In this document: piece after piece, positions 11,915 to 25,404 of the stretch
Position numbering within the stretch: position 1 is the stretch's first letter
How the letters are laid out: the number at the start of each line of letters is the position of its first letter
Source: Mobula hypostoma
Lineage: Eukaryota
Assembly: GCF_963921235.1 (NCBI RefSeq)
Contig: NC_086097.1
Location: 236,656,001-236,720,000 of the forward strand
DNA: 64,000 nt
Direction of reading: 5' to 3'
Translations under genes and position numbers: made by a program
Notes under the pieces: generated by a model
Databases searched by the model: none
What the model saw: only the letters and a program-made list of their open reading frames with translations
What the model was told of the DNA's origin: nothing

Positions 11915-12180
11915 AGAACATCACTACTATCAGGACATGGGTAAAAGAGCCTGAAGTCCTACACTCAGTGTTCAAGGAACTGTTCCTACCCCACTGCAAA
12001 CAGATTTCTGAACAGTTCGTGATCCAATGGACACCACCTCTTTGTCCCATGTCCGTGCTATTTATTTATATACTTTGTACTGTAACTTATAGTAATTTGT
12101 TATGCCTGCATTGTACTGCTACTGCAAAACAACAAATTCTGCACCTAATGTCAGTGACAATAAGCCTGATCTGATTCTGT
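11915..12180 (+). mobile_element. Rex1/Babar-type LINE 3' tail
   Basis: Tail GCAAAACAACAAATT...CTGATTCTG repeated at ~19000-19130, 24575-24890, 29420-29735(-), 50235-50500. Confidence 0.55.
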
Positions 12181-14779
12181 GCACACCCCCTTACTAGTAA
12201 GAATTAGCCTTCAGCTAAACTACATGCATGGTAGAACAAAGTTACAAGTCCGAATCCCACGATACAGTCTATTGGGGGAGTGGCAACTGATCAAGGTAGC
12301 ACTTATCCTAGCAGCTAACAAACACAACTTCTTGCTTGAAAAGAAATAAGAGAACAAGGCTATATAACCAGATAAACATAACTTAACTGGTCACTTGAAT
12401 GCCCTGAGAACACAAGTAACAGATTCACATGCACAACATTACAATGCACAGTAGTTACACAGAATTTTAATCTCTCAAGTTCTATTCATTTTGTTTTAAC
12501 ATTGTAGTTGATGTAGTATTTCCAAACTTGAACTTTAATGTGTTGTTATTCAAAGAGAAAGAGGAAAAATTATTTGGCTTTAGGGGAAGATTAATGGACG
12601 TGAAATACTGCATATGCTTGTTCCTTCAAAAGTTCAAAGTAAATTTATTATCAAATTACATATATGTTAGTATATACTACATTGTGATTTGTTTTCCTAC
12701 AGGCATTTACAGGAAAATAAGGAAATACAACAGAAATTGTTATGATTCACAAGCCAGATGAAAAATTAACTGAATTTGGCACACTCATAGGTTCACATCA
12801 ACCCTTGGATAACTTTTGAACTAAAGTGGGAAGTTTCACTTGCCCCATCATTAAAATGTTCCTACGTTTCCTGAGAAGGGTTTCGGCCCGAAACATGGTC
12901 TTTACTCTTTTCCGTAGATGCTGCCTGACCTGCTGAGTTTCTCCAGCATTTTGTGTGTGTTGCTTGAATTTCAGGCACCGGCAGACTTTCATTTGTTCGT
13001 GATTGGCCCACAACCAATGTTCCCAATCAAGGACTCTTCATCTCATATTCTCAATATTTACAGCTTATTTATTCATTATTATGATTTCTTCCTTTCTGTA
13101 TTTGCACAGTTTATTGTCTTCTACTCTCTGGCTGAATGCCCAAGTTAGGCGTTCTTTCATTAATTCTGTCATATAGATTTATTGAATATGCCCACAAGAA
13201 AATGAATCTCAGGGTTGTATATGATGACATATATGTACTTTGATCATAAATTTACTTTGAACTTTTGTAGGAGCAAGCATGAGCAGTATTCTCTTCCACT
13301 GATCTTCCCCCAAAGCCAAATAATCCTTCCTCTTTCAAAGTTCAAAGTAAATTTAGGATCAAAGTACATGTATGTCACCATATACAACCATGAGATTCAT
13401 TTTCTTATGGGCATTCACAGTAAATGCCAAGAAACAAAACAGAATCAATGAAAAATCACACACGACAAAGACAACCAAATATCCAGTGTGCAAAAGACAG
13501 CAAACTGTCCAAATACACAAAGATAAAACAACAAAATAATACCAATTAAAAAACAATCAATATCGGGAACATAAGTTGGAGAGTCATTGAAAGTGAGTCT
13601 ATAGGTCACAACCCCAGATGGCCTATGCCTGTGCACTGATTTTCACTTGTATAGCTACTGTATCTAGATGTTGTGCTTTTCCATTGTCTTCTTTCCTCAG
13701 ACTCTTGTTGCACCTATCCCCTTCATCTTCTGTTTCTCCTTCTGGCTGGCAGCTGTGGTGTTCATTTCAGATCGGACACCATACGCCTTGTGTTTGCCTT
13801 GCCCAAACCACTCGGCACTGAGAAAGTATCATTAAACTCAAAGTCTATGTAAATCTATTATCAAAGTACTTCTCTTGCAGGCATTTACAGGAAACTAACA
13901 AAAGACAAAAAATTATGAAAAACTATACATAAAAAGTCGGACAACAATCAATATGCAACAGAAAACAAATTGTGCAAAATAAAAAAAAACAAATAAATAA
14001 TACTGAGATCATGAGTTCTAGAGTCCTTGAAAGTGTATCTGTAGGTTATGGAATCAGTTCAGAGTTGAGGTGAGTGATGTTATCCACATTGGTACAGCAG
14101 CCTGATGGTTAATAGCTATTCTTAAATCTGGTGGTACCTAAGGCTCCTGCACCTCCTGCCCTATGGTAGAAGTGAGAAGAGAACATGGCCTGGATGGTGG
14201 CAGTCCTTGATGATGGATGCTGCTTTCTTATGCCTGCACCTCTTGTAAATCTGCTTAACGGTGGAGAGGACTTTGCCTGTGATGGACTAGGCTGTATCCA
14301 CCTCTTACTGTAGACTTCTCAAATCCTGCCACTGGTGCTGATGGAACCAGTCAGAACACTCTCCACTGTGCACCTATAGAAGTGTGTCAAAGTTTTAGAT
14401 GACAGGCCGAATCTGTGCAAACTTTAACATTAACGCTCTGTGTACCTCTGTATATAGAAGGGATTTGGCTTTGACTTTGGACTTCATTCATTCTTTTATC
14501 TTCAATCATTGATACGCTTTTTTTCAGCAACTCATTCTAACTCCAAGTTTATTTGGTTCAATATATTCAAGAATTGCACAGGCATGAACATCAGGCTCTT
14601 CTTCAGAGCATCTTTAAGCTTGACTGTTTGCCACAATGATCCAATACAGATTTTTCTATGCAGTTTATCTGTTCCAGTTCTCGATTCTCTTCATGAACAG
14701 TTCTACTCTGCTTGAACTATAGCAGCTTGACAGGAACTGTGGTCCACCAACTTCCTGCAGCAAGTGCCTCCTCTCAGAG

Positions 14780-16170
14780 AGCTTGGATCAGACTGCACTT
14801 GGAGTATCGTGAGCAGTTTTGGATCTCTTATCTAAAAAAGAATGTGCTGGCATTGGAGAGGATCACAAAAATGATGGGAATGAAAGAGTTGACTCACAGT
14901 ATGAGGAGTATTTGATGGCTCTCTTGAAGGATGAGGGGGATCTCATTGAAACTTATCAACTATTGGAAAGCCTAGATAGAATGGATGAGGGGAGGATGTT
15001 TCCTGTAGTGGGGGAGTCCAGGACCAAAGGGTACAAGCTCTGAATACAAGAACATCCCTTTAGAACAGAGAAGAGGAGGAATAATTTTTGCCATAAGATG
15101 GTGAATCTATGGCAAATTTGGCCATGGGGAACAAGTCTTTGGGTATATTAAAGCAGAGTTTGATAGTTCCTTGATTCATAAAGATGTTGTTACGTACCCC
15201 GAAACTGGGTTGCCAAACCAGCAGAAATGGATCACTCAGTTGGAGTCTGGATTACTAGAACTAAGAAAGTTTTATTAAAGAAACAAGCAACACAGTACTC
15301 TAATCAAAAGGGTAGTAAATGCAACAGTTCAGCAATGATAAACATACATGCACACAGAATTAAGATAACAGGATCAATCAAACTCTACCGTTGTCTAGGG
15401 GTAAATGACCAGTTTCAAAGTGACACAAAGTTCAGTTAAATTTAGTTCAGTTCAGTTCAGTTCGCAGTAATCACTGCCGTGGCGATGGACAGTGAGGGGA
15501 AGGAGAGAGAGAGCAAAACGTATGAATATTCAAGGCTTCCACACAGACCTTCACAGCCAGCTTTCGGGCGAGTCCTTTGTGATGTCATTTGAGGTCACTG
15601 ACCGTGACCCCTCCGTTTCCTGATACGATCGTTTCCCTGCAGTGAACCTGGCACCCAGGCAAGGGTGGACACACACCAGGTTCCCGCCGATCGTGCCTTT
15701 CCACCCTGTGCGTCTATCGCCTGGTACTTTCCACTGACTTGTGAGAGACGCACCGCTTCCAGGGTCTTGTTACCTCGGGTGTCGTGTGTGTGCTGCCTTA
15801 GCGAACCTGTCCCTTTTTATCCCCCTGCTGGGGTATCGCCTGTCCATCACTTCAAACAGTTCAGGGTTCAAAGTGGGAGCCGATCTTGACAGCTCTCCTT
15901 CCCCTTCATTAACATCTCCAAATGCTGCTCCATTGTTTTCCTTATCTCTCTCTCCTGAAGACAGGTGGCAGACCAACTGCTGATCCCACTGGTGCCAGCA
16001 CAGGACAGCTACATCTTAATCTATGTGTATTCTTGTCACAATGTCAAAGGTTACATGGAGAAGGCAGGAGAATAGGGTTAAGAGGGAAAATAAATCAGCC
16101 ATGATGGAATGGCAGAGAGATACAATGGACTGAATGGCATATTTCTGCACTTATGTCTTATGGTATATGT
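14780..16170 (+). mobile_element. CR1 LINE 3' fragment interrupted by a solo LTR
   Basis: RLHLEY..QFW..YLKK.VLALER and GDLIETYQ..LDR peptides; sequence continues after 16044. Confidence 0.8.
15188..16040 (-). mobile_element. Solo LTR of the Gmr1-like family
   Basis: TGTTACG...GTCACA termini; 4-bp TSD ATGT (15184-15187 / 16041-16044); clearly homologous to 39223-40081 and 43216-44076. Confidence 0.92.
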
Positions 16171-17177
16171 CATGGTTTCATTTAAAGTTACTTTTAAAGA
16201 GCATTCAGCATATTTAAATTACTAAAGAAGTTCTATTTAGGATTTTAGTAAGTCTGTTGACTTCATGAGTCTGATGCATCAGAAAGTAAAACGTATTTAA
16301 CACTCCATCCAACTCACACTTTCTCAAACCCATCTGTAGACAAGGGTTTACATCCTGCCAAGATATCAGCTGCAGCTCAGTAAGGAAGAATTTGACACAA
16401 CTGCCAAGGAGATATTCACTATAGAAATTGGTAACAATGCTGTTTAAAAATCTGTTCTGCAGGGTGTGACAAGCAGTGTTTCATTGATAAAAGCTTGTTT
16501 GATTGACAGCTGTTAAATGTTAGCTTATCGCTCTGATGTAAATAGTTTTCAGTTTTTTTCATGTAATGTAAGAAGTTTGGCATTTGGTAAGACAGCTTAA
16601 TGAAACAACAGGGAAAAGTTATACCAAGGAGCAAAACACAATTCCAGTTGATACTACTGCAAATCCTATAAGACAATAAGACCATAAGACTTATTCTGTG
16701 ACATTCTGCATGTCACAGTTCCCTTGGAGACGTTGGACTACATAATGAAAGAGAGATTTCAAAAGAAGTAAGCAGGATATTCGGCAAATTCTGCATGCCA
16801 CTTTCTCTTAGAGACATTGGATTGTGCATAATTAGGCACTTGGAAAGGGCTAATAAAAAGAAATTAGGTTTAAGTAGAGCTACCGTTGTGGGAGCGGTCC
16901 AGTGTTAGAGTGGGGAGTTCAGGCTTTAGATCATAAAGGTGGAGACACTTGGAAAGTGGGAAAAGTGAATTGTAAAATGGAAATGTTTATGTTCTGGAAA
17001 TGGACTTGCTTCAACCATAACTTGTAGATAAAACTTGACAATAACAATACCTGCATGAGGGTGTTGTTTACTGATTACAGCTTAGTGTTCCACACCATCA
17101 ATACTAATCAACACGCTTCAAAATCTAAGCCCCTGTTCTTCCCACTGCAGCTGGATCAACACATCCTTATTGGGAGA

Positions 17178-18347
17178 GCAACATACATCAAAGTTGCTGG
17201 TGAACGCAGCAGGCCAGGCAGCATCTATAGGAAGAGGCGCAGTCAACGTTTCAGGCCGAGACCCTTCGTCAGGACTAACTGAAGGAAGAGTGAGTAAGGG
17301 ATTTGAAAGCTGGAGGGGGAGGGGGAGATGCAAAATGATAGGAGAAGACAGGAGGGGGAGGGATGGAGCCGAGAGCTGGACAGGTGATAGGCAGAAGGGG
17401 ATACGAGAGGATCATGGGACAGGAGGTCCAGGAAGAAAGACAGGGGGGGGGTGACCCAGAGGATGGGCAAGAGGTATATTCAGAGGGACAGAGGGAGAAA
17501 AAGGAGAGTGAGAGAAAGAATGTGTGCATTAAAAAGAGTAACAGATGGGGTACGAGGGGGAGGTGGGGCCTAGCGGAAGTTAGAGAAGTCAATGTTCATG
17601 CCATCAGGTTGGAGGCTACCCAGACGGAATATAAGGTGTTGTTCCTCCAACCTGAGTGTGGCTTCATCTTTACAGTAGAGGAGGCCGTGGATAGACATGT
17701 CAGACTGGAATGGGATGTGGAATTAAAATGTGTGGCCACTGGGAGATCCTGCTTTCTCTGGCGGACACAGCGTAGATGTTCAGCAAAGCGGTCTCCCAGT
17801 CTGCGTCGGGTCTCACCAATATATAAAAGGCCACATCGGGAGCACCGGACACAGTATATCACCCCAGTCGACTCACAGGTGAAGTGATGCCTCACCTGGA
17901 AGGACTGTTTGGGGCCCTGAATGGTGGTAAGGGAGGAAGTGTAAGGGCATGTGTAGCACTTGTTCCGCTTACACGGATAAGTGCCAGGAGGGAGATCAGT
18001 GGGGAGGGATGGGGGGGACGAATGGACAAGGGAGTTGTGTAGGGAGCGATCCCTGCGGAATGCAGAGAGAGGCGGGGAGGGAAAGATATGCTTAGTGGTG
18101 GGATCCCGTTGGAGGTGGCGGAAGTTACGGAGAATAATATGTTGGACCCGGAGGCTGGTGGGGTGGTAGGTGAGGACCAGGGGAACCCTATTCCTAGTGG
18201 GGTGGTGGGAGGATGGAGTGAGAGCAGATGTACGTGAAATGGGGGAGATGTGTTTAAGAGCAGAGTTGATAGTGGAGGAAGGGAAGCCCCTTTCTTTAAA
18301 AAATGAAGACATCTCCCTCGTCCTAGAATGAAAAGCCTCATCCTGAG
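17178..18347 (-). mobile_element. 5'-truncated Penelope-like element (Neptune-type) with GIY-YIG endonuclease
   Basis: ORF 17596..18360(-): FKERGFP...VPLVLTYHP...CKRNKCYTC...FTCESTGVIYCVRCSRCGLLYIGETRRRLGDRFAEH...VATHFN; 9-bp TSD ATTGGGAGA (17169-17177 / 18348-18356). Confidence 0.92.
17240..17277 (-). ncRNA. Minimal type I hammerhead ribozyme motif in the Penelope end
   Basis: Minus strand UAGUC-CUGACGA-AGGGUCUCGGCCU-GAAAC-GUU-GACUG: intact core, stem I UAGUC/GACUG, stem II AGG/CCU, palindromic ACGU stem III. Confidence 0.8.
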
Positions 18348-19139
18348 ATTGGGAGACCACAGTTAGTACAGATCAGAAACGACGTCCCCTCCTCACTGAC
18401 AATCAACACTGGAGCACCTCAAGGATGTGTGCTTAACCCATTCCTCTACTCTCTCTGCACCCATGCCTATTTAACACTCCATGCTCAATTGCCATCTATA
18501 AATTTTCCAATGATCAATCCATTGTTGGAAGAACTTCATATGGTGATGAGGAGGTATACAGGCGCAAGATAGTTCAGCTGGTTGAGTGGTGTTAAAACAA
18601 TTTTGTACCAGGTTTCCAGTAAGATGGCAACACAAGAACAGTGGCTACTCTAGATCTAATCAAAAGTGTATTTGTTCATCTTCTTTATCTTTTTCACAAT
18701 TGCAAGCACTGCTGGATACTAAGAACATCATGTATTTAGGGACTATCCACCAGTGAGTTGCTCAATAGTGAACGGGCTGGACTTCTTGCGTACCAAAAGA
18801 TGCGCAGTGCAAATGATTTTCTACGATATTGTTATTGTGATCATTAGAACCTGCTGGACATTGGTAACGTAGAATACTGAAGTGTGGTTTACTGGTTCAT
18901 TGTGGCTCATAGGAAGTTCAGAACTACCTCTCTCTGTAGAATCCGTTGATGAAGGGAGGTACAGTTCTCATACCTGACTGTAATGCAGCCAGTCAGGATG
19001 CTCTCAATTGTGCCCTGTACTTCTTATTGTAACTTATAGTTTTTTTTAATTTATTATGTACTGCACTGTACTGCTGCTGCAAAACAACAAATTTCATGAT
19101 ATATGCCAGTGATACTAAATCTGATTCTATTTTCTAATT

Positions 19140-19568
19140 CTCCTCCAAAAGGACCACAACCTTGTTGTGATTTGGAGACTTGCATGCCTCAGTGACCCAG
19201 AAAGCTATGTTGGCTGGAGCCATGGCCTTGTGCTTCAACGTTTGGTATGGTCAACCATGCCAAACACGCCAATGGATAGAGGCCAGACTAAGAGTGGTCC
19301 ACTGGTCCTCCGGGTTCAGGAATTCAGCTCAGGGCTAACAACCCCCACTGATAAAACAAAATGGTTATGCATAGAGCAATAAAGAATTTCTCTACATCTG
19401 AATATGATGGTATTCTGTGTCTTCACCCGGAACTTGCATGACTAGCAGTAGTGAAAACTGAGAGGAAGCTACTGACATGATGAAGGAAACCCTGAACACC
19501 ACCAGAGATGGAGGACCTTCATTGCTGCCCTAAATGCCAGCTGCGTAACGGTCAGTAAATAAGTAAGT
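19140..19568 (+). mobile_element. Probable RTE-derived non-autonomous retroelement
   Basis: 3' end GGAGGACCTTCATTGCTGCCCT...TAAGTAAGT resembles RTE tails; no ORF. Confidence 0.4.
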
Positions 19569-19614
19569 GATTCTGATTCTAAAATGTTACAAAACTTTAA
19601 AGAGCCGTATACAG

Positions 19615-20550
19615 TACTGATGCACTGGACTGTCTGCACCACTCTCTTCAGAGTCCTGTGATTGAGGGAAGTACAGTTCCCATACCAGGCAGTGATGCAG
19701 CCAGTCAGGCTGCTATCAACTGTGCCCCTGTAGAAATTTCTTAGAATTGGTGGGGGGGGACCATACCAAACTCCTTCAACTATCTGAGGTGCAAGAGGCG
19801 CTGTTGTGCGATCCTGGGTAATGTTTATGCAGAGGAACTTAAAGCTGTTCACCTTCTCAACCCCAGATCCATTGATGTCTATTGGGGTTAGCCTGTCTCC
19901 ATTCCTCCTGCAGTCTACAACCAGCTCCTTTGTTTTTGTGACATTGAGGGAGTTGTTGTTTTCTTGACACCACTGTGTCAGGGTGATGATTTTCTCTCTG
20001 TAGGCTGCCTTATTATTATCTGAGATTAGGCCAATTAGTGTAGTGCCATCAGTAAATTTAATTCGTAGATTGGAGCTGTGGGTGGCGACACTATCATGGG
20101 TATACAGAGAGTAAAGGAGGGGGCTTAGTACACAGTCCTGAGAGGCACCTGTGTTGTGGGTCAGAGGGGCAGAGGTGAAGGAGCCCATTCTTACCAGCTG
20201 CCGGTGATCTGACAGGAAGTCCAGGATCCAGCTTCACAAGGCAGGATCAAGGCCGAGATCTCTGAGCTTCTTGACGAGCCTGGATGGAACTATAATGTTG
20301 AATGCTGAACTGTAGTCCAAGAACAGCGTTCTCACATAAGCATTCCTCTTTTCCAGATGTGTAATGATGGTGTGTAGAGCTGCGGCTGTCTGTCTGTCGG
20401 TTGTGTCGGTAGGCGAATTGTAGGGGGTCCAGTTTGGGTGGTAGCATGCTGCAGATGTAATCCTTGACCAGCCTCTCAAAGCATTTTCTTATTATTGAGG
20501 TGAGTGCGACAGGACGCCAGTTGTTCAGACATGTCACTTTGGCCTTTTAT
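19615..20550 (-). mobile_element. Rex1/Babar LINE reverse transcriptase fragment
   Basis: CLNNWRPVALTS..KCFERLV..LDPLQFAYR; FLDYSSAFN; NTGASQDCVLSPLLYSLYTHD..IKFTDGTT in ORFs 20247..20537, 20234..20479, 19469..20188. Confidence 0.88.
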
Positions 20551-20639
20551 TTCTGGGATGTGGTGGGATGTTGAACTACCTAGAAGAAACCCATGTCTAA
20601 ACTCCACATGAACTGTACCAGAAGGTATGACCCCGGTTG

Positions 20640-21140
20640 TACACACAAAATGCTGCAGGACCTCAGCAGGCCAGGCAGCATCTATGGCAAAGAGTAAACA
20701 GTTGACGTTTCAGGCCGAGACCCTTCATCAGGACTGGACAAAAAAGATGAGAAGTCAGAATAAGAAGGTGGAGGAGGGGAGGAAGAAATACAAGGTAGTT
20801 GGTGATAGTGGGGGGGGGCTAAAGTAAAGAGCAGGGAAGTTGATTGGTGAAAGAGATAAAGACATGGAGAAGGGGGAGTCTGATAGGAGAGGACAGGAGG
20901 CCATGGAAGAAAGGGAAGGGGGGGAGCACCAGAGGGAGGTGATGGGCAGGTAAGGAGATAAGTTGAATGAGGGAAATAGGAATGAGGAAGGGTAAACGGC
21001 AGGTGGGGAAATTACCAGATGTTCAAGAAGTCGATGTTCATGCCATCAGGTTGGAGGCTACCCAGACAGAATATAAGACGTTGCTCCTTCAAACTGAGTG
21101 TGGCTTCACTGAGGCAGAAGAGGCGGCCATGGACAGTTAT
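20640..21140 (-). mobile_element. Penelope-like 3' end with hammerhead core
   Basis: EATLSLKEQRLIFCLGSLQPDGMNIDF; CAGUC-CUGAUGA-AGGGUCUCGGCCU-GAAAC-GUC on the minus strand at ~20699-20736. Confidence 0.8.
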
Positions 21141-21739
21141 GGTGGATTGATCCAGGTTACTAGATCTCAGCCACTGTGCTGGCCATCTATTCAGGTTGTG
21201 TTTTCTGGGTGCATGTATTTCAAACAAACACCTATTACTAATACATAAACAGCTACACACAGAATCAGCTTTTGATTCATCAGCAGAAATCATCTTACGT
21301 TTTGTTATGCTGTAGTGGTTCTCTAATCACTGAACAGATTACGTATCTTCAGTAATTTCAGTTATCATTATATTCTGATTATATAAACATCATTCTTCAA
21401 ATTGCCCCAGAAGAAAACAAGATTTACCTCCCTGAATATATAATGTCTTCTATACTTCCGAGAGACAGTATGTCTTCTGCATTACCATATAGTCATCAGC
21501 TATGTAATCACGACTAATGATCTGCTAAAATACAGTACTGGTAGAAATCAGTGATGTTCATTTAAATGCATTATTTTTGTTATATTATACACAAGCTTAT
21601 TGCTTGTCAGAGCCTAGCATAATTATCCCACAGCAATTTGCAGAATGTAACAATTAATATGTCTAGGAGCTTGCATTGTAGCTACATAAGATGCATCAAT
21701 CTGAATTACTTAATGGAATAAATAGAGTGTAACAGATCT

Positions 21740-22290
21740 TTGGGATATTGTGATGTTACGTTGAATTTGTATAAGACAGTTGTGAGGCCAAATTTGGAAT
21801 ATTGTGTGCAGTTCTGGTCACCCAACTACAAGAAAGGTATCAATAAGATTGAAAGAGAAAATTTACAAAGATGTTGCTGGGACTTGAGGATCAGAGTTGT
21901 AGGGAAAGGTTCAATAGGATTCAATAGTTCAATAGGATTTTATTCTCTAGAGCATTGGAGAATGGGAAAGCGATTTGACAGAGGTATAGAGGCATTGATC
22001 GGGTAAATGTAATCAGACTTTTTTCCAATCACAAACAAGAGAAAACTGCAGATGCTGGAAATCCAAGCAACACGCACAAAACTCATCTTTGGAAAAGTGT
22101 ACAGTTGATGTTTCGGGACAAGACCCTTCATCTGGTCCTGAGGTTGGGTGAGACTGGAACTAGAGGTCATAGATTAGCGGTGAAAGGTAAAATGCTTGAG
22201 AGGAACATGAGGGGCTCTTCTTCGCTCAGAATGTGGTGGAAATGTGGAATGAGCTGCCAGTTGAAGTGGTGGGATGGGTGTCGTTCAAAT
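21740..22290 (+). mobile_element. CR1 LINE fragment with a short Penelope-end insertion
   Basis: LYKTVVRPNLEYCVQFWSP; Penelope-end sequence at ~22035-22135. Confidence 0.75.
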
Positions 22291-25200
22291 CCACTGTTTT
22301 TTAATACTTTTTATAAGATATTAGATGAATTAATGTAAAACTAAAATCATAGTTTAATCATAATTCGTACTTTTTTAACAAACTCATGTATTTTTCACAG
22401 TATGTGATGGTTCAACCCCACGTACTGGCAGAAAGCAGTACAACAGTTACACAAGGGTTTATCACCTTTCTCATTGTCCATTGGCCAAGTGTCAGCACAT
22501 TACCCATGTGATGTAATTGTGCAAACTGGTGATTGGCTTATTTTTATCTAAGGAATTTTCTCTTTATCTTGACTATAAAGGCGATGGATTTTTCAGAGGC
22601 ATTATATCCTACTTCAACTCTTTGTCTTCATCGTTTCTTTTTATTTTCACCTTCTTTATCTTTGCTTTTCATTGAAACTCTGCTTTGCTTAGAATTTACA
22701 TATATGTTTAAATTTCAAAATAAATGATCATTAAGAATTAAAATTCCTCACCATTCTTGACCCCCAGAGGAACTCCAAGGATCTGAAAAATAACAGCGAT
22801 CCAACAGGGTCGATTCCAACATTTAAGAGAATAGGAACATGAATGGGAATGGTATCGTGGGCTGTGATATAGGTGCAGGTGAATGCGACAAAGCAGAATA
22901 ATAGTTTGACACAGACTAGATGGGCCAATAGTCCTGTTTCTGTACTGTAGTGTTCCATTCATTGACTTCGATGACATTGAGAATGCCTTCTGTTTCATCA
23001 ACCTTTGAAATTATGAGGGAAATCTATTTCAGGGTCCGTAATGTAAATCCAATAGGTAGGAGTTGAAAAATTGAATAGAAAGCTAACTTCCAATTCCTAG
23101 TTGTTAAAAGCAACAAGTTGCTGAAGTAGACATTATGAAGTAAATTATATGAAATAAACATATTATTGGAGTATTTTGTGTTCAGTTCTGGTCATTATAG
23201 AAAGGATATGGAAGGGTTTAGAGAGGGTACAGAGGAGATTTACCCGGATGCTGCCTGAATTAGAGAGTATGTCTTATTTGGAAAGGTTGAGCAAGCTGGG
23301 GGTTTACTCTTTGGAGCCAAGACCATAAGACATAGAAGCACCAATAGATGACTCAGCCCATCGAGTCTGCTCCGTCATTCCACTATGACTGAAGTATTAT
23401 CCCTCTCAACATCATTTTGCCTTCTCCCTGTAACCTTTGACACCCTGACTAATCAAGAACCTATCAACCTTCGCTTTAAATATACTCAGTGACTTGGCCT
23501 CCACAGCCATCTGTGGCAATGGAGGGCTATGTGAGTGGGAAGGGTTAGATTGTCTTGAGTAGGTTAAAAGGTTGCATAACATCATGGACTGAGTGTTCTG
23601 TACTGTGCTTTCATGACCCATGTTGTAAACCCAGCCAAGAGGAATCACAGGCCCATTTTGAACTTCCAAATTTGAGGTGGTATAAGGCAGGTGACAATCT
23701 CTGTTCGATTCAGCCTGAAGCTTTCACCCAATCCCCCACACTCTCCTGCAGTTGTATATAATTTTAGTAGCTCTGTGGTGCCTACCCATCTAGATGCTAG
23801 GAAGCCACGTGATGAAAACCGTAAGTGAAAAATTCCCACCTGAAGTATATTCTAATGGAAGTTCAAATGGTTTCAAATAGTTAAAAACAACAATTGTATG
23901 AACAAGTATATTATTGCCCATAAACAAAAGGCACTCTGCAGGCAAATGCTGAAAATTTTGAGCTACATGCACAAAATGCTGGAGGAACTCAACAATTCAG
24001 ACAGCGTCTATGAAGCGGAATAAACAGTTGCTATTTCAGGATGAGACCCTTCATCAGGACTGGAAAGGAAGGGGTAGAAGCTAGAATAAGAATATGGGAG
24101 GGTGGGGAGGGAATATAAGCTGGCAAGTGATAGGGAAAACCAAGTGAGGGAGAAGATAGATGGGTGGGGGAGTGGGGAATGAAATAAGGAGCTGGGAGAT
24201 GATGAGTGAAACTGCTTACACACTATTTAGTGTTAATAGCAGACACGAACTTTGAGGTAATGCTAAGTCCTGGACTTCAGTACGTGAATGCCTTAGTGTG
24301 GCCTCCCTTTCCCGTGCCCTACTTTTTTTATTTGTCAGCCATTTCAAATGTGGTGTTCCTCTCTTCTCCATCTTCACCACACAGATTAACCAATCAGCAA
24401 CTGCTACTTGGCATTGAGGCTTGGAGGAAGCACGTCCTGGAGTTGGAGGATTGAGTGTGCAGTTGAGGAAGGAAAAGGGCTTGCTTTGCTGTTGCTGTTT
24501 GGTTGCTGTTGGTCTGTTGTTGTTGTTGTTGCTTGGGTTCTTCTGCTGAATATCTTGGGCATGCTAAATGTGTGGCAACGTCAGTAGGGAGGAACAGAAG
24601 CCTGAAGGCACACACTCAGTGATTCAGAAACAGCTTCTTCCCCTCTCCCATCCAATTTCTAAATAGACATTGAACCCATGAACGATACCTCACTACTTTT
24701 TTATATCTGTTTTTGTTTTGCATTATTAATTTTAACTTAACTGTTTAATAGACATACTGTATATATACATCATGTAACTCAGTTCTTTTCTCTATATTTA
24801 TTTATCATGTACTTTATTGAACTGCTGCCATAAAGTGAAAAAGTTTTGCAGTATATGCCTATGATATTAAATCTCATTCGGATTCTGATTCAGATACTTA
24901 CGGGCTGCCGACAACACGTGCGTAGGTTGTGTTGGTTGTTAACGCAAACAATACATTTCACAGTATGTTTTAATGTACATGTGGTAAGTAATTGAATCTG
25001 AATCTGAACCTGAATTGGTTAGTGATGTGTTTTGTTTGTGAACAGTGCTTATGTATTGATCTCTGTGTAATCAATACTGTCCTGAGACTATTTTAATGGA
25101 AAAGTAAATTCTTAAAAAAGGAATAACTCCTCATGCCTCTCTTGGCCATGATAACTCCTCTTATTGTACAACTGAGGTTTCTCTGTAGGATTTTTTTATA

Positions 25201-25404
25201 TAGCAGCAGCCTAGATTGTGCATTTGCACTTGCAAAATAAAATAGAAAAGGCTGGTGCCTCCATCCATATGTTTCATAGAGGTCCTGAACTCTTATGTCT
25301 GGGTCCAGGTGGATAATCCAGAATAATATCCTGTTTTGCTGAACAATCAGATGGCAATAACACAAGGAAAAGGAAGGGGAATTCATCTTCAGTGGCATTG
25401 CAAA

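Larger units (their letters stand above)
17050..18600 (+). mobile_element. Degraded Rex1/Babar LINE split by a Penelope insertion
   Basis: MRVLFTDYS..F.TI before 17178; INTGAPQGCVL.PFL after 18356. Confidence 0.7.
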
